Notes: generated from the sequence alone by a model not told the origin. A stretch of 64,000 bases of DNA from Armatimonadota bacterium (GCA_046292385.1 JBKBRF010000003.1:1-64000), one strand, 5' to 3'. Counted from the stretch's first letter, positions 1 through 9,394 are shown. Numbers and translations: made by a program.

Positions 1-150
1 GCCTCCTTCGCGCAAGCGAGCGATGCGGCAAAACCTTCCTGCGCCACCAGCGGCGTAACTTTACAGCGTGTGACACAAGCCACCGCACTCCACAGACTGC
101 ACCGAGGCCGTCTCCCTTTCGGCGAAGAGGGAGGCCCTGCCGGATCGGCT

Positions 151-195
151 TGTGGAGTGCGAATGCTTGCTTTCGCGCCCCGCGTCAGCGGGGCC
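151..195. repeat. Dispersed REP-like element, copy 1
   Basis: TGTGGAGTGCGAATGCTTGC-TTTCGCGCCCCGCGTCAGCGGGGCC recurs at 30727-30790, where it has a 19-bp insert; contains a GCCCCGC/GCGGGGC hairpin. Confidence 0.8.
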
Positions 196-292
196 ACCAG
201 CGCAGCCCCTCGGATTCGCCGATAGTGTCCGCCGCGAGGGGGGCTCATAGGCTCCGGCTCCAGCCCCTTCGTGGGCTTCCGCCGGACACGGA

Positions 293-874
293 TTACGGGT
301 CGGGCGGCCAGAGGAAGTGTCGTATTGGGCCGCCGGGGCGCAGGCGCAGCCAGACGCCGAGCGTGAGGCGGTGCGGGGGCTTCTCCGGCGGGGTGCCGGC
401 CTGGAGCTGGCGGGCGAGGGTCGCTACCGGGTATCGAAAGAGCCGGAGGATCAGCCGGGTGCGCGGGTCCTCACCGCGAAGGCGGGCGGCTTCGCAGCGG
501 GCGAGGTCCTGCACCCAGGCGAGGGCCGGCTCCGCGGCGAGCCCCTCCGCAAAGGCAATCGCGTCCTCGCGGTGCTTCTGCGCACCGGAGGGGACCCGCC
601 GCTGCGCGTGGCGGCGGAAGCGCGGCTCCAGCTCCGCGCCGAGCGCCGCCGCGGTGGCGGGGAGGAGCGCGGTGACGTGCCCGAGCCGCTTGCGGAGCAG
701 CGCGGCGGCGAAGTCGCGCACCTCCTGCTCCGCAAGCGCCGCCAGCCGGGCGGAATCGTCCGGGTCCAGGCCCAGCTCCCGCGCCACCTCCTGCGGCGCG
801 GCGAAGAAGCGCTCTCGCAGCGCCTCGTCGGTGTAGAGGCGCGCGAGGGTGCGCTGCACCTCCGCTAGTCCCAT
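293..874 (-). CDS. Putative MNIO partner protein (193 aa) downstream of DUF692
   Basis: C-terminal part of ORF 293..1783, starting MGLAEVQRTLARLYTDEALRERFFAAP; ATG overlaps the end of the DUF692 gene; resembles helical proteins that follow DUF692 genes. Confidence 0.7.
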   Translation of the reverse strand: MGLAEVQRTLARLYTDEALRERFFAAPQEVARELGLDPDDSARLAALAEQEVRDFAAALLRKRLGHVTALLPATAAALGAELEPRFRRHAQRRVPSGAQKHREDAIAFAEGLAAEPALAWVQDLARCEAARLRGEDPRTRLILRLFRYPVATLARQLQAGTPPEKPPHRLTLGVWLRLRPGGPIRHFLWPPDP

Positions 875-1722
875 CGTCCGTGCCGCCTCCCCAGCTCCCG
901 CGCCCGCTCCAGCTCCGGGAGCAGCTCCGAGAGCGCCGGCAGGCGGGCGTCCCGCTCCAGGATCACGCCCTTTACGGGGGCGCGGCGCAGCACCTCCTCC
1001 AGCAGCTCCCAGACTTCGGGCGGGGTGGGGGCGGCGTGGTCGTCGACCAGCAGCCCGCCGCGCCGGCTGACTCCGACGAAGTGGAGCTGCACTACCCGCT
1101 CCAGCGGGAGCGCGTGGAGCAGCGCATAGGGGTCGCGGCGATGGTTGACACCGTTTACGTAGAGGTTGGTCACGTCGAGCAGCAGCCCGCAGCCGGTCCG
1201 CTCCAGCACCGCGCGGATGAACTGAGCTTCCGTCATCTCCGCGCCGGGGAGTTCCAGGGCGTAGGTGATGTTCTCCAGGATCAGCGGCGCGTCGATCCGG
1301 CTCCGGGCCAGCTCCACGTTGCGGCAGACCGCCTCGACCGCTTCCTCGGTAAACGGGAGCGGCGCGAGGTGGCCGATCTCCACGCCGCCCGCGCGGGTGA
1401 ACGCCAGGTGCTCGCTCCACCAGGGCGGCCGGAGCCGGTTCACCAGCCGGGCGAGCCGCTCCAGGTGCGCCGGGTCGAGCCCCTCCGCGCTGCCGAGCGA
1501 GAGCCCCAGGCCGTGCGGGATCAGCGGGAAGTGGTCCGTCAGCAGCGCCAGCTCTTCGTCTTTCCACGCCGGCACGTCGAGGTAGTGCTCCGCCGTGATC
1601 TCCAGGAAGTCGACCTTCCCCCGGTTCCGGAACAGCTCCGCCCGGAACGGCTCGCGGAAGCCGAGCCCCACGCCGAGCACCGGCAGGTGGGATAGCTCTT
1701 CCGCCGGCGCGACCGCTGACAT
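865..1722 (-). CDS. DUF692 family multinuclear non-heme iron oxidative enzyme (MNIO)
   Basis: Motifs GVGLGFR, DFLEITAEHY, HGLGLSLGS, WWSEHLAF, LILENI, LLLDVTNLY, DDH, ILERD; alternative GTG start at 1734. Confidence 0.92.
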   Translation of the reverse strand: MSAVAPAEELSHLPVLGVGLGFREPFRAELFRNRGKVDFLEITAEHYLDVPAWKDEELALLTDHFPLIPHGLGLSLGSAEGLDPAHLERLARLVNRLRPPWWSEHLAFTRAGGVEIGHLAPLPFTEEAVEAVCRNVELARSRIDAPLILENITYALELPGAEMTEAQFIRAVLERTGCGLLLDVTNLYVNGVNHRRDPYALLHALPLERVVQLHFVGVSRRGGLLVDDHAAPTPPEVWELLEEVLRRAPVKGVILERDARLPALSELLPELERARELGRRHGRWD

Positions 1723-1730
1723 GGTCTGTC

Positions 1731-2726
1731 TCACCCTCCGCCGCAGCCGCCGCAGCCCCCGCCTCCGCAGCCGCCGCTCCCACAGCCGGAGCCGCAGCCG
1801 GACCCGCAGCTCGAGCCGGAGCCGCAGCCGCCGGCCGCCCCGGAGGCGTCGCCGCGGCGGAACATCCCGGGGTAGTAGTCGAAGGCGGTGTCCGTCAGCA
1901 CGCCGACGCCGAAGACGCCGACCAGCACCGGCAGCGCCCGGGTCGCCCCCATCTCGCCCGCCAGGGCGGCCCGCTGCTCCCGGAACGGCTGGTAGGCAAG
2001 CTGCAGCCGCTGGAGGTAGGCGTCGCCCAGGTGGGTCCGCCGCGGCTGCCGGGCGCAGAGCACCGTGAGCCCGACGAACGCGAGGAACCCGAGCAGGATC
2101 AGGAAGCCGACGTTGAAGTGACCGTTCGCCAGCGCGGCGACTAGCTTGTAGAGTCCCAGCCCGCCGATGATCCCCGCGCCGGCAAGCCAGGTCCGCACCG
2201 CCGTGTGCTGCGCTTCTTCCGGCCGCAGCAGCTTCTGTGCCTTCAAGCTCTGCTCGTACCGTGCCGCCAGCGGCTCCACCCGCTCCGGCAGCGCGCCTCG
2301 GAACACCTCCTCCGGTTTCCGTGGAGTGCGGAAGAACTCGAAGATGGTCCGCTCCAGCGGGGAGAGGTCGCGCGGCTCCGGGTGACTCCGGGCGTGGCCG
2401 AGCGCCTGGTCTCCCAGGCTGCGGGTCTTCACGCTAAGCCGGCTCGATTGCGCCTGCTCCTCCGCCAGTGGGACTTCCAGGTAGCCCCGCTGGAGCAGCG
2501 AGAAGACGACGATGCGGATCAGCTCGTTCACCCCTCCGCGCAGGAAGGCCACCTCGTACGGATCCGGGTTCTCCGGCACCTGCAGCGGCTTCGCGCCCTC
2601 GGTCGGGTCGGCGGCCTGCAGCCGGAAGTAGGCCCAGAGCAGCGTGCCGCCGCTCACCAGGGCATAGAGGAGCAGAAAGGCGGGTCCGCGCAGCTCCGCG
2701 AGCGGGTTGTGCAGCAGCCAGTCCAC
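1731..2726 (-). CDS. TIGR04222-type membrane protein with Cys/Gly-rich C-terminal tail
   Basis: GPAFLLLY, DPYEVAFLRGG, several TM segments, tail GGCGSGSSCGSGCGSGCGSGGCGGGGCGGCGGG; GGAGG RBS before GTG at 2726. Confidence 0.85.
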   Translation of the reverse strand: MDWLLHNPLAELRGPAFLLLYALVSGGTLLWAYFRLQAADPTEGAKPLQVPENPDPYEVAFLRGGVNELIRIVVFSLLQRGYLEVPLAEEQAQSSRLSVKTRSLGDQALGHARSHPEPRDLSPLERTIFEFFRTPRKPEEVFRGALPERVEPLAARYEQSLKAQKLLRPEEAQHTAVRTWLAGAGIIGGLGLYKLVAALANGHFNVGFLILLGFLAFVGLTVLCARQPRRTHLGDAYLQRLQLAYQPFREQRAALAGEMGATRALPVLVGVFGVGVLTDTAFDYYPGMFRRGDASGAAGGCGSGSSCGSGCGSGCGSGGCGGGGCGGCGGG

Positions 2727-2817
2727 GTCGGCCTCCAATTCCGCGGAGCCTCGACCGGGATCGTCCGACCGCCTCCCCGGCCTGCTCTGCTGAGTACCGG
2801 AACGGTCCCGCAGGGAG

Positions 2818-2843
2818 AACGTTTCGCCTCCGGCGCCGGTTCA
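2818..2843 (-). promoter_or_regulatory. Possible ECF-sigma promoter of the TIGR04222-DUF692 operon
   Basis: Minus strand TGAACC-N16-CGTT about 90 bp upstream of the start codon. Confidence 0.35.
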
Positions 2844-3018
2844 GCGTTCTTTAAGACTCCGCCACCCCCGGGCTTCCGCCCCCACTCCGGTGGGAGACGC
2901 CGGCTCAGGCGGAGTTGCGCCCGGTTCGCCGGTTGGAAACCCCACATCCGGAGCCTGAAGGTCATCAGCCTCGGGGTAGAGCACCAAACTCGCCGGTTCT
3001 CCACAGCCGGAAACCTGA

Positions 3019-3235
3019 GGCACCCGGAGGGTGCCACCTGTGACGGCCCCTGGGCGTCAGGGGCCGTAGCTCGAAGGCGGCCGAGCCAGCCCGTGAACCA
3101 AGCCATTGGAGCGATGCGGCGCCGCGACGCGGGATGAGCCCTCCGTGACGCACACCCGTAGGGGCCTGCTAGCGTAGGCGAAGCCGGAGCGTGAAAAGGC
3201 ACCGGAGGGCTCGCGTCGCGGGAGGGCTGGCTCGG
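3019..3235. repeat. Cluster of hairpins and nested inverted repeats (REP mosaic or structured RNA)
   Basis: GGCACCCGGAGGGTGCC; ACGGCCCCTG/CAGGGGCCGT; nested pairs 3081-3092/3224-3235, 3122-3131/3212-3221, 3136-3145/3203-3212. Confidence 0.6.
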
Positions 3236-3293
3236 ACGACAAGGGCTCGGGGTCGGCCCTCCGAGGTTCAACGCTGCCCTCAAGAGAACACCC

Positions 3294-4154
3294 TCAGATC
3301 CCGGTCCGAATCCCCTCCTCCGTCAGGTACCCCGTAATCAGCTCCGCCGGCGTCCGGTCGAACTGCACGTTCGCCACCTCCACCCCCGGTGGGGCTTCCG
3401 CCAGCACTTCCGACGGGGGCCCCGGCACCGTCGTGAAGCGCGCCGCCGGGTCGCGCTCGCCCACCCACCGGGAGCGCTCCGCCACCACGTAGACCTTGCG
3501 GCCGTGGGCGGCGCAGACCCGCGCGGCGACGGCGGTCCCCGCGGGGGCGACCACCGCTCCGTCCGGCAGCACCCGCTCCGCCTGGAGCAGCGCCAGGTCG
3601 CACTCCGGCGCGAACAGCTCCAGCTGCGCCTCCGTGATCAGCCGCACCGGCAGCGCCTGGTCCGCCAGCGCCGCGGCGATCGCCACTCCCCGGGAGCGGG
3701 GACGGCCCTCGCTCACCGTCACCGCTTCCAGCCGGTCGGCGAACTTCACGAGCAGCTTCAGCACCGTTTCCTCATGGCCGAGCACCAGGACCCGCGTCCC
3801 CGGCCGGAAGAGGCTCTCCGCCGCCTGCGCCAGCTCTCCGAAAGAAGAGCGGAGCACCGCCTCCGTCTCGGCGAGCGCCGCTTCCCGTCCCCGGCGCAGC
3901 GCCGCCTCCACCCGCTCCAGCGCCTGCGCCAGCGCCGTCGACTCCGACCGGGCCCGCCGCAGCCGCGCCGCGAAGGCGGAGAGCTGCGACCGGACCTGCT
4001 CGGCGTCCGCGTCCGGGGTCCAGGCCTGCTCCAGCGCGGCCCGGAACGTATCGACCGCCTGCCGCACGAGCTGCTCCGAGCCCGCCTCCCGGTTCGTCTC
4101 CAGCTCCAGCGCCTGCAGCAGCCACTCCCGCGGCAGCTTCAGCTCTCCCGCCAT
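3294..4154 (-). CDS. eIF-2B alpha/beta/delta-like (IF-2B family) protein
   Basis: SEGRPRSRG, ERVLPDG..GT, EVANVQFDRTPAELITGYLTEEG. Confidence 0.8.
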   Translation of the reverse strand: MAGELKLPREWLLQALELETNREAGSEQLVRQAVDTFRAALEQAWTPDADAEQVRSQLSAFAARLRRARSESTALAQALERVEAALRRGREAALAETEAVLRSSFGELAQAAESLFRPGTRVLVLGHEETVLKLLVKFADRLEAVTVSEGRPRSRGVAIAAALADQALPVRLITEAQLELFAPECDLALLQAERVLPDGAVVAPAGTAVAARVCAAHGRKVYVVAERSRWVGERDPAARFTTVPGPPSEVLAEAPPGVEVANVQFDRTPAELITGYLTEEGIRTGI

Positions 4155-4290
4155 CCCGGCACCTCCCGTGGTCTGTCGAGCTACTTCTAACCACAGGGGA
4201 CCGGAGCTACGCCTCCAAAGTGCGGGGGCGTGCGACTTCTCCCGTGGCGCCCGCGTCCAAAACGTGACGCCGCCTCAACGGGAGGTCCCC

Positions 4291-6024
4291 GTGCGATCCT
4301 CTGCCCTGCTCCTGCCGCTCCTCGCCGCCGTCCCGCTCCTCTGCGGCAGCCTGCCCGCCGCGGCGCAGGACACCGAGCCGCGCGATAACACGCCGCTTGC
4401 CTACCGCATCCTCGAGGGAGAGGGCGAGAACAGCCTGCTCCAGCTCCTCGAGCGCGGGCTCGAGCCGAACCTGGCGGGACCGGAGGGGACCACGCTGCTG
4501 ATGGCGGCCTCCACCCGCCGGTGGACCCTCGCAGAGGAGCTCCTGCCGCTGCTCGCGGCGGGCGCCGATCCCAACCGGCGGGACCGCGACGGCGAAACCG
4601 CGCTGATCTACGCGGCCCGCACCTTCAACCCGGGTGCGGCGGAGGCGCTCCTTGCGTTCGGGGCGAAGGTTGACGCGCGCGACCGCCGGGGCAGCACCGC
4701 CCTCCACCACTGCGTGAACTGGCACCAGTACGACCTCATCATCGGGGGCCGGAGAGAGCAGTGCGCGGAGGTCGCCCGGCGCCTGATCTCGGCCGGAGCG
4801 TCGCTGACGGCACGGGACCGGTTCGGAATGACGCCGCTGATGTGGGCGGCGAACGCGGAACACGCGCCGGCCCTGGAGGTGCTTCTGAAAGCCGGTGCCG
4901 ATCCGAGCTTCGCCGATCGGAAGGGACGGACCGCGCTCACCTGGCGCGCCTGGGCCGGCCCCGAAGACGAGATCGTCCGGACGCTCCTCGCCGCCGGAGC
5001 GCGAGTGAGCCTCGTCGACGCGCTTCTGCTGAACGATCCGATCCGCGCGCGGATGCTGCTGGACGAAGGTGCTTCTGTCCACGGCGTGGGCGGGGATAAC
5101 CAAACGCCGCTGATGCTGGCGGCGCGGCTGGGGGATCTCGATCTCGTGCGGCGTCTCCTCCGCCGGGGAGCCGACGTGAGGGCCCGAGACCGGAGAGGCA
5201 ATACCGCCCTGATGTACGCCGCGGGCGGGCGGGAAGTGACCGATCAGCTCGGCCAGTCCCGCTGGGTGTCGGAGGGCGCCGACCGTGGCCGGCAGTTCAT
5301 CGTGGAGGCGCTCCTGAAGGCCGGAGTGCCGCCGGACGCCGTGAACAAACAGGGGCAGGATGCTCTCACCTGGATGGTGGGCCTCCGCCAGACCGAGGCG
5401 CTCGAAGCTCTGATCCGGGGCGGTGCTCGCTGTCGAGCCGCATCCGGACGTTACTACCTGCGGTCGAGCTGTGCGCTCGAGGTGCTGTCAGCCCGGGGAG
5501 ACCTGCGGCTGGTGAAGCTGATCCTGAAGCACCGGAACGATCCGCATCTGGATGCCGCGCTCCCTGCCGCGCTCGCCAGTGAGTCCGACACGGAAGCGAC
5601 GATCGCCGCGCTCATCGATGCGGGCGCCGATCCGAACGGGCGCGGTCGCGAGCGCGGTTGGCCGCTCGCGGCTGCGGCGTCCAGCGGCCGGCTGGAGCGG
5701 GTAGAGGAGCTGCTCCGCCGCGGCGCGAAGCTTGGAGCGCGGTCCGGGGCACGGTTGATGGTGGAGGCGGTCCGGAGCGGGAGCGTGGAGATCGTGCGCC
5801 GCTTCCTCACGGCCGGCGTGCCGCCGGACGCGGCGGAACACGACCGGACGCCGCTGATGCTGGCGGCGAGGTGGGGTCGCGAGGAGCTCGTACGGATGCT
5901 GCTCCAGGCTGGCGCCGATCCTACCCGAAACGACAAGCGCGGACGGACCGCGGTTACCGACGCAACGGAAGCCGGTCATCCGGCGATCGCGGCGCTGCTG
6001 CAGGAGGCGATCCGCCGCCGTTAG
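4291..6024 (+). CDS. Secreted ankyrin repeat protein
   Basis: GGAGG RBS plus GTG, signal peptide, many G-x-T-P/A-L-M/H-x-A..LL..GADP repeats. Confidence 0.88.
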   Translation: MRSSALLLPLLAAVPLLCGSLPAAAQDTEPRDNTPLAYRILEGEGENSLLQLLERGLEPNLAGPEGTTLLMAASTRRWTLAEELLPLLAAGADPNRRDRDGETALIYAARTFNPGAAEALLAFGAKVDARDRRGSTALHHCVNWHQYDLIIGGRREQCAEVARRLISAGASLTARDRFGMTPLMWAANAEHAPALEVLLKAGADPSFADRKGRTALTWRAWAGPEDEIVRTLLAAGARVSLVDALLLNDPIRARMLLDEGASVHGVGGDNQTPLMLAARLGDLDLVRRLLRRGADVRARDRRGNTALMYAAGGREVTDQLGQSRWVSEGADRGRQFIVEALLKAGVPPDAVNKQGQDALTWMVGLRQTEALEALIRGGARCRAASGRYYLRSSCALEVLSARGDLRLVKLILKHRNDPHLDAALPAALASESDTEATIAALIDAGADPNGRGRERGWPLAAAASSGRLERVEELLRRGAKLGARSGARLMVEAVRSGSVEIVRRFLTAGVPPDAAEHDRTPLMLAARWGREELVRMLLQAGADPTRNDKRGRTAVTDATEAGHPAIAALLQEAIRRR

Positions 6025-6105
6025 CCCAACCGGACGTCTACTCCGTCGATCAGGAAGCTGCTCCTGGCCGCGCGGCGCTGAAGTGCATCTCGAGAGGAGA
6101 CCGGT

Positions 6106-6636
6106 ATGTTCGGAAGGCGCACGCTGGAGCTGTGCATCGGAGCAGCGGTCATAGCCGGCACGGTCGGCATCGCGCGGGAGATCCACCGCCGCCAGCTCCT
6201 CGGCGCCCGCCTGCGGCACGCGCTCTCCCAGGAGAACCTGCCGGTGGCGCTGGGGTGTGTCCGGGCGGGGGCCGATCCGAACCTGCAGCCCGCTCGGAAG
6301 CCCACCGCGCTGATCCTGGCCGTCGCGTATCGAGATACGACGGCGGCGCAGGAGCTGCTGCACGCGGGCGCGGACCCGAACCGGGAGGTGCGCTGGTGGG
6401 GCCAGCCTTCGGGCTACTGCATGCCGATCGAGGAGGAGTTCCGGCACTCGGCCCTGAGTCTCTCCGCGGTCAATAGCGACCCGCGCATGGTGCGGCTGCT
6501 CTTGCAGAACGGCGCCGATCCTCACCGGCGGAACAGCCGCGGCAAGATCCCGGCAGAGCTGGCTCGCAATCCGAGGGTGAAAAAGCTGCTCCTGGCTGCA
6601 GAGCGCTCAAATGACGCCAGCGCGGGACTGGAGTAG
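6106..6636 (+). CDS. Ankyrin repeat protein with N-terminal membrane anchor
   Basis: TALILAV..LLHAGADPN, LLLQNGADPH repeats. Confidence 0.8.
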   Translation: MFGRRTLELCIGAAVIAGTVGIAREIHRRQLLGARLRHALSQENLPVALGCVRAGADPNLQPARKPTALILAVAYRDTTAAQELLHAGADPNREVRWWGQPSGYCMPIEEEFRHSALSLSAVNSDPRMVRLLLQNGADPHRRNSRGKIPAELARNPRVKKLLLAAERSNDASAGLE

Positions 6637-6668
6637 CGGCGTTACCCGAGGGGGTGGCGCTTCGGCGC

Positions 6669-6899
6669 GGCCTCACCCCCGGCCCCTCTCCAGGGAGGAG
6701 AGGAGAGCTGTCAGTGCGGAGCCAACCTGCTCCCGCTTCCACTTCAGGGAAGGCTTGTCCCCCGAATAGGGGAGATAGGCTGCGCCGAAGAGACAACCCT
6801 GCCGCTCCCGCCTCATTCAGCCTCAGAGAACGAGAACGAGTAGGAGTAGGAGCTCCCGCTACCGGAGGGTCCGGGCTTTAGCCTTCTGCCTTTAGCCTT
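6669..6899. repeat. REP-like composite (CCTCACCCCCGGCCCCTCTCC family plus heptamer repeats)
   Basis: Shares blocks (GGCCTCACCCCCGGCCCCTCTCC, TTCCACTTCAGG, CTTGTCCCCCGAA) with 16070-16280, 39255-39380 and 53480-53625. Confidence 0.75.
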
Positions 6900-7383
6900 C
6901 GGAAACGCGGGGGGCGATGATGACGCGGCGGTCGTCACCTTCGCCTTCGCTGTAGGTGGTGACGTCCGGATCGTCGGCGAGGGCGTTGTGGATGATCCGG
7001 CGCTCGAAGGCGTTGAGCGGGTCGAGCTCCGCTTCCTGGCCGTGCTGCTTCACCTCTTCGGCCAGCTCGCGGGCCTGCTCGATCAACGCCGCCTCGCGCC
7101 GGCCGCGGTAGCCGTCGGCGTCCAGGGTCAGGCGCACGTGCTCGCCGGTATCCCGGGTCACCACCAGCGTGGCAAGATACTGCAGCGCGTTCAGCGTGTC
7201 GCCGTAGCGGCCGACGACCCGGTCCGCGCCCTCGCCGACCACCGAGACGAGCAGGGAGCCCTCTTCCGTCGTCGCCACCTCTACGTCGGCGTCGACCAGA
7301 CCCATGGCGTCGATCACGTCGAGCACGAAGTCCCGTGCCGAGTCCGCCGCAGTGTATTCGCCTTCGGTTTCTTCAGGCTCCAT
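6892..7383 (-). CDS. jag: Jag/KhpB (EloR) RNA-binding protein with KH and R3H domains
   Basis: GRYGDTLNALQYL, LDADGYRGRRE, LDPLNAFERRIIH, SEGEG; last gene of the yidC operon. Confidence 0.9.
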   Translation of the reverse strand: MEPEETEGEYTAADSARDFVLDVIDAMGLVDADVEVATTEEGSLLVSVVGEGADRVVGRYGDTLNALQYLATLVVTRDTGEHVRLTLDADGYRGRREAALIEQARELAEEVKQHGQEAELDPLNAFERRIIHNALADDPDVTTYSEGEGDDRRVIIAPRVSEG

Positions 7384-7662
7384 GCTTCTCTTCTCTCGGG
7401 TCGGGGGCCAGGGGCCGGGGATCGGGGGCGGGCCAGCTTGCTGATCTAGCCGGCGCTCGCGACCGGATAAGTATATGCCGTTCCGGCAATGTCGGCAGGG
7501 ACCGCGCCAGGTCTACGCAGGTGGGCTGACACTTCTACCGCTCTGGAGTGGGAGCAAGGGAGAGTGGGGGAGTGGGAGCCCCGCTCCCGTGGGCGGCTTT
7601 TCAAGCTCTCCCACTCGCCCTTTCAGTCATCGTCCGTCGCTCGCAGCTCGCCGGCCCTGGCG

Positions 7663-9054
7663 CTACTTCCGCTTTCCGGAGCCTTTGGGCGGGCGCATCG
7701 CGCTGCGAGGATCGCGCGGGTTGCCGCGGCCGTTGCGGCCGTCCTTCTTGCCGTTCTCCACGCCCTTCATCGGCTTGAGCGGCGGCGGGGGCGCGGCCTC
7801 CAGAGCAGCGGTCCCGCCGCCGCCCCCGGCAATCGCGTGCAGCCCGTAGCGGCGCATCAGGCTCCAGCTCTGGTAGCCGCTCACCACGTTCAGGATGAGC
7901 CAGTAGAGCATGAAGGCGGACGACCACTGGTAGATCCACATGAAGACGCCGAACATCAGCGGCATCATCACCATCATCATCTTCTGCTGCTGCGCCTGCT
8001 GCGGGTCGGCCGGCTTCGGCTGCAGGAGCGAGAAGGCGACCATGCTCAGCATGTAGATGATGAAGAGCGGCAGGTCGAACTGCGCCAGGTTGTCACCCAG
8101 CCACGGGCTGTTCTTCGAGGCCGCGGAGCCGATCCACAGGAAGGTGCCGTGGGTGAACTGGAACTCGTAGTCCGCCACCATCCAGTAGACCGGGAAGATC
8201 ACCACCATCATCACCAGCATCGGCAGACAGCCGGCGGCGATGTTGACGTTGTTCTCCTTGTAGATCTCGAAGACCCGGCGCTGCACCTCGTCCGGCGGCG
8301 CGTTGCGCGCCTTCATCTCTTCCTGGGCCTCTTTGATCAGCGGCGCCACGCGCATCATGTCGCGCTGGTACTGGTACTGCTTCTTCTGGAACGGCCAGGT
8401 GATCCCCTTGAGGAAGACCACCACCACCAGCAGTGCCAGGAAGTAGCTGAGGCCGGGATAGCGGACGCCGCCGAAGACCTGGACCAGCCCGTCGAGGATC
8501 CTGTAGGTCCACTTGTCTTTGTTGACTTCGTCCCGCGCCAGGCGGATCAGGTTGAGCCGCTCGGAGGCGATCTGGCTCAGATCGCCGGTGCGGGTCTCGG
8601 TCTTGCCGTTGATCTCCAGGGTCACGGTGCCCTGCTTGTTGTGCAGGGACTTCTCCATGTCTTTGAGCTTCGGGATCGCCTGGTCGTGCCAGTGCGTGCC
8701 GGAGCGCTTCCCCTCGAGCTGCGTGGCGAGGTAATCGTAAATATTGACCTGCTGGAACCGCGCCTGGTAAGCCTCCGGCGGCACCGGGTTCTTGTCCTTC
8801 TGCTGGTTCCAGTACTCTTCGTACTTGCCGACCGCGGCTTCCAGCTTCTTCACCCGGTCCGCGATCGCCACGTTCGGATCGGCGGTGCGGCCCTCCTTCT
8901 CCAGGTTCTGGGCCTGGATGTAGAGCGACGGCGCGTTCGGGTCCGGCGGCGCGGGCGCCTTCGGCATGAAGAAATAGAAGCCCGCCATCAGCACCGCGTA
9001 CATGATGATGAAGTTTATGAAGCGGCTTCTGTTAGAGGGCTGCGGTTGTGCCAT
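7663..9054 (-). CDS. yidC: Membrane protein insertase YidC
   Basis: YKENNVNIAAGCLP, FLWI..NLAQFD, LYW; synteny with rnpA and yidD. Confidence 0.92.
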   Translation of the reverse strand: MAQPQPSNRSRFINFIIMYAVLMAGFYFFMPKAPAPPDPNAPSLYIQAQNLEKEGRTADPNVAIADRVKKLEAAVGKYEEYWNQQKDKNPVPPEAYQARFQQVNIYDYLATQLEGKRSGTHWHDQAIPKLKDMEKSLHNKQGTVTLEINGKTETRTGDLSQIASERLNLIRLARDEVNKDKWTYRILDGLVQVFGGVRYPGLSYFLALLVVVVFLKGITWPFQKKQYQYQRDMMRVAPLIKEAQEEMKARNAPPDEVQRRVFEIYKENNVNIAAGCLPMLVMMVVIFPVYWMVADYEFQFTHGTFLWIGSAASKNSPWLGDNLAQFDLPLFIIYMLSMVAFSLLQPKPADPQQAQQQKMMMVMMPLMFGVFMWIYQWSSAFMLYWLILNVVSGYQSWSLMRRYGLHAIAGGGGGTAALEAAPPPPLKPMKGVENGKKDGRNGRGNPRDPRSAMRPPKGSGKRK

Positions 9055-9151
9055 TCCTGTTTAGACTCGTCTCAGAATAATGCCCGTCCACGCCAGCGGA
9101 CGGGCTCGATCCGCACCGGCGCGGGCTGCGCGCTCGGGCATGGGTAAAAAC

Positions 9152-9394
9152 CTATCGCACGGGATCGTAGCCGCCCTTGCAGAGCGGCTGACAGCGGCAA
9201 ATGCGGGTGAAGGCCATCCAGGACCCTTTCAGCGCCCCGTGTTTGCGGATCGCCTCCAGCGCGTATTGGGAGCAGGAGGGGACGAACCGGCATACCGGCG
9301 GCCGCCAGCGGCGGGTGCTCTGGTAAAGACGGATCAGCCCGATGAGTGCGCGCGCGCCCAGGCTTCCCGGGCGGGTTTCCGGCGGCATACTCAC
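9152..9394 (-). CDS. yidD: Membrane protein insertion efficiency factor YidD
   Basis: [36 protein letters not shown]. Confidence 0.93.
   Translation of the reverse strand: MSMPPETRPGSLGARALIGLIRLYQSTRRWRPPVCRFVPSCSQYALEAIRKHGALKGSWMAFTRICRCQPLCKGGYDPVR

Noticed and set aside
1..150. c-di-GMP riboswitch-like hairpin near the left edge
   Set aside because: Lacks the GGCAAA..GACGCAAA core; only an RBS-like AAGGAGG for a minus-strand gene beyond the edge is visible
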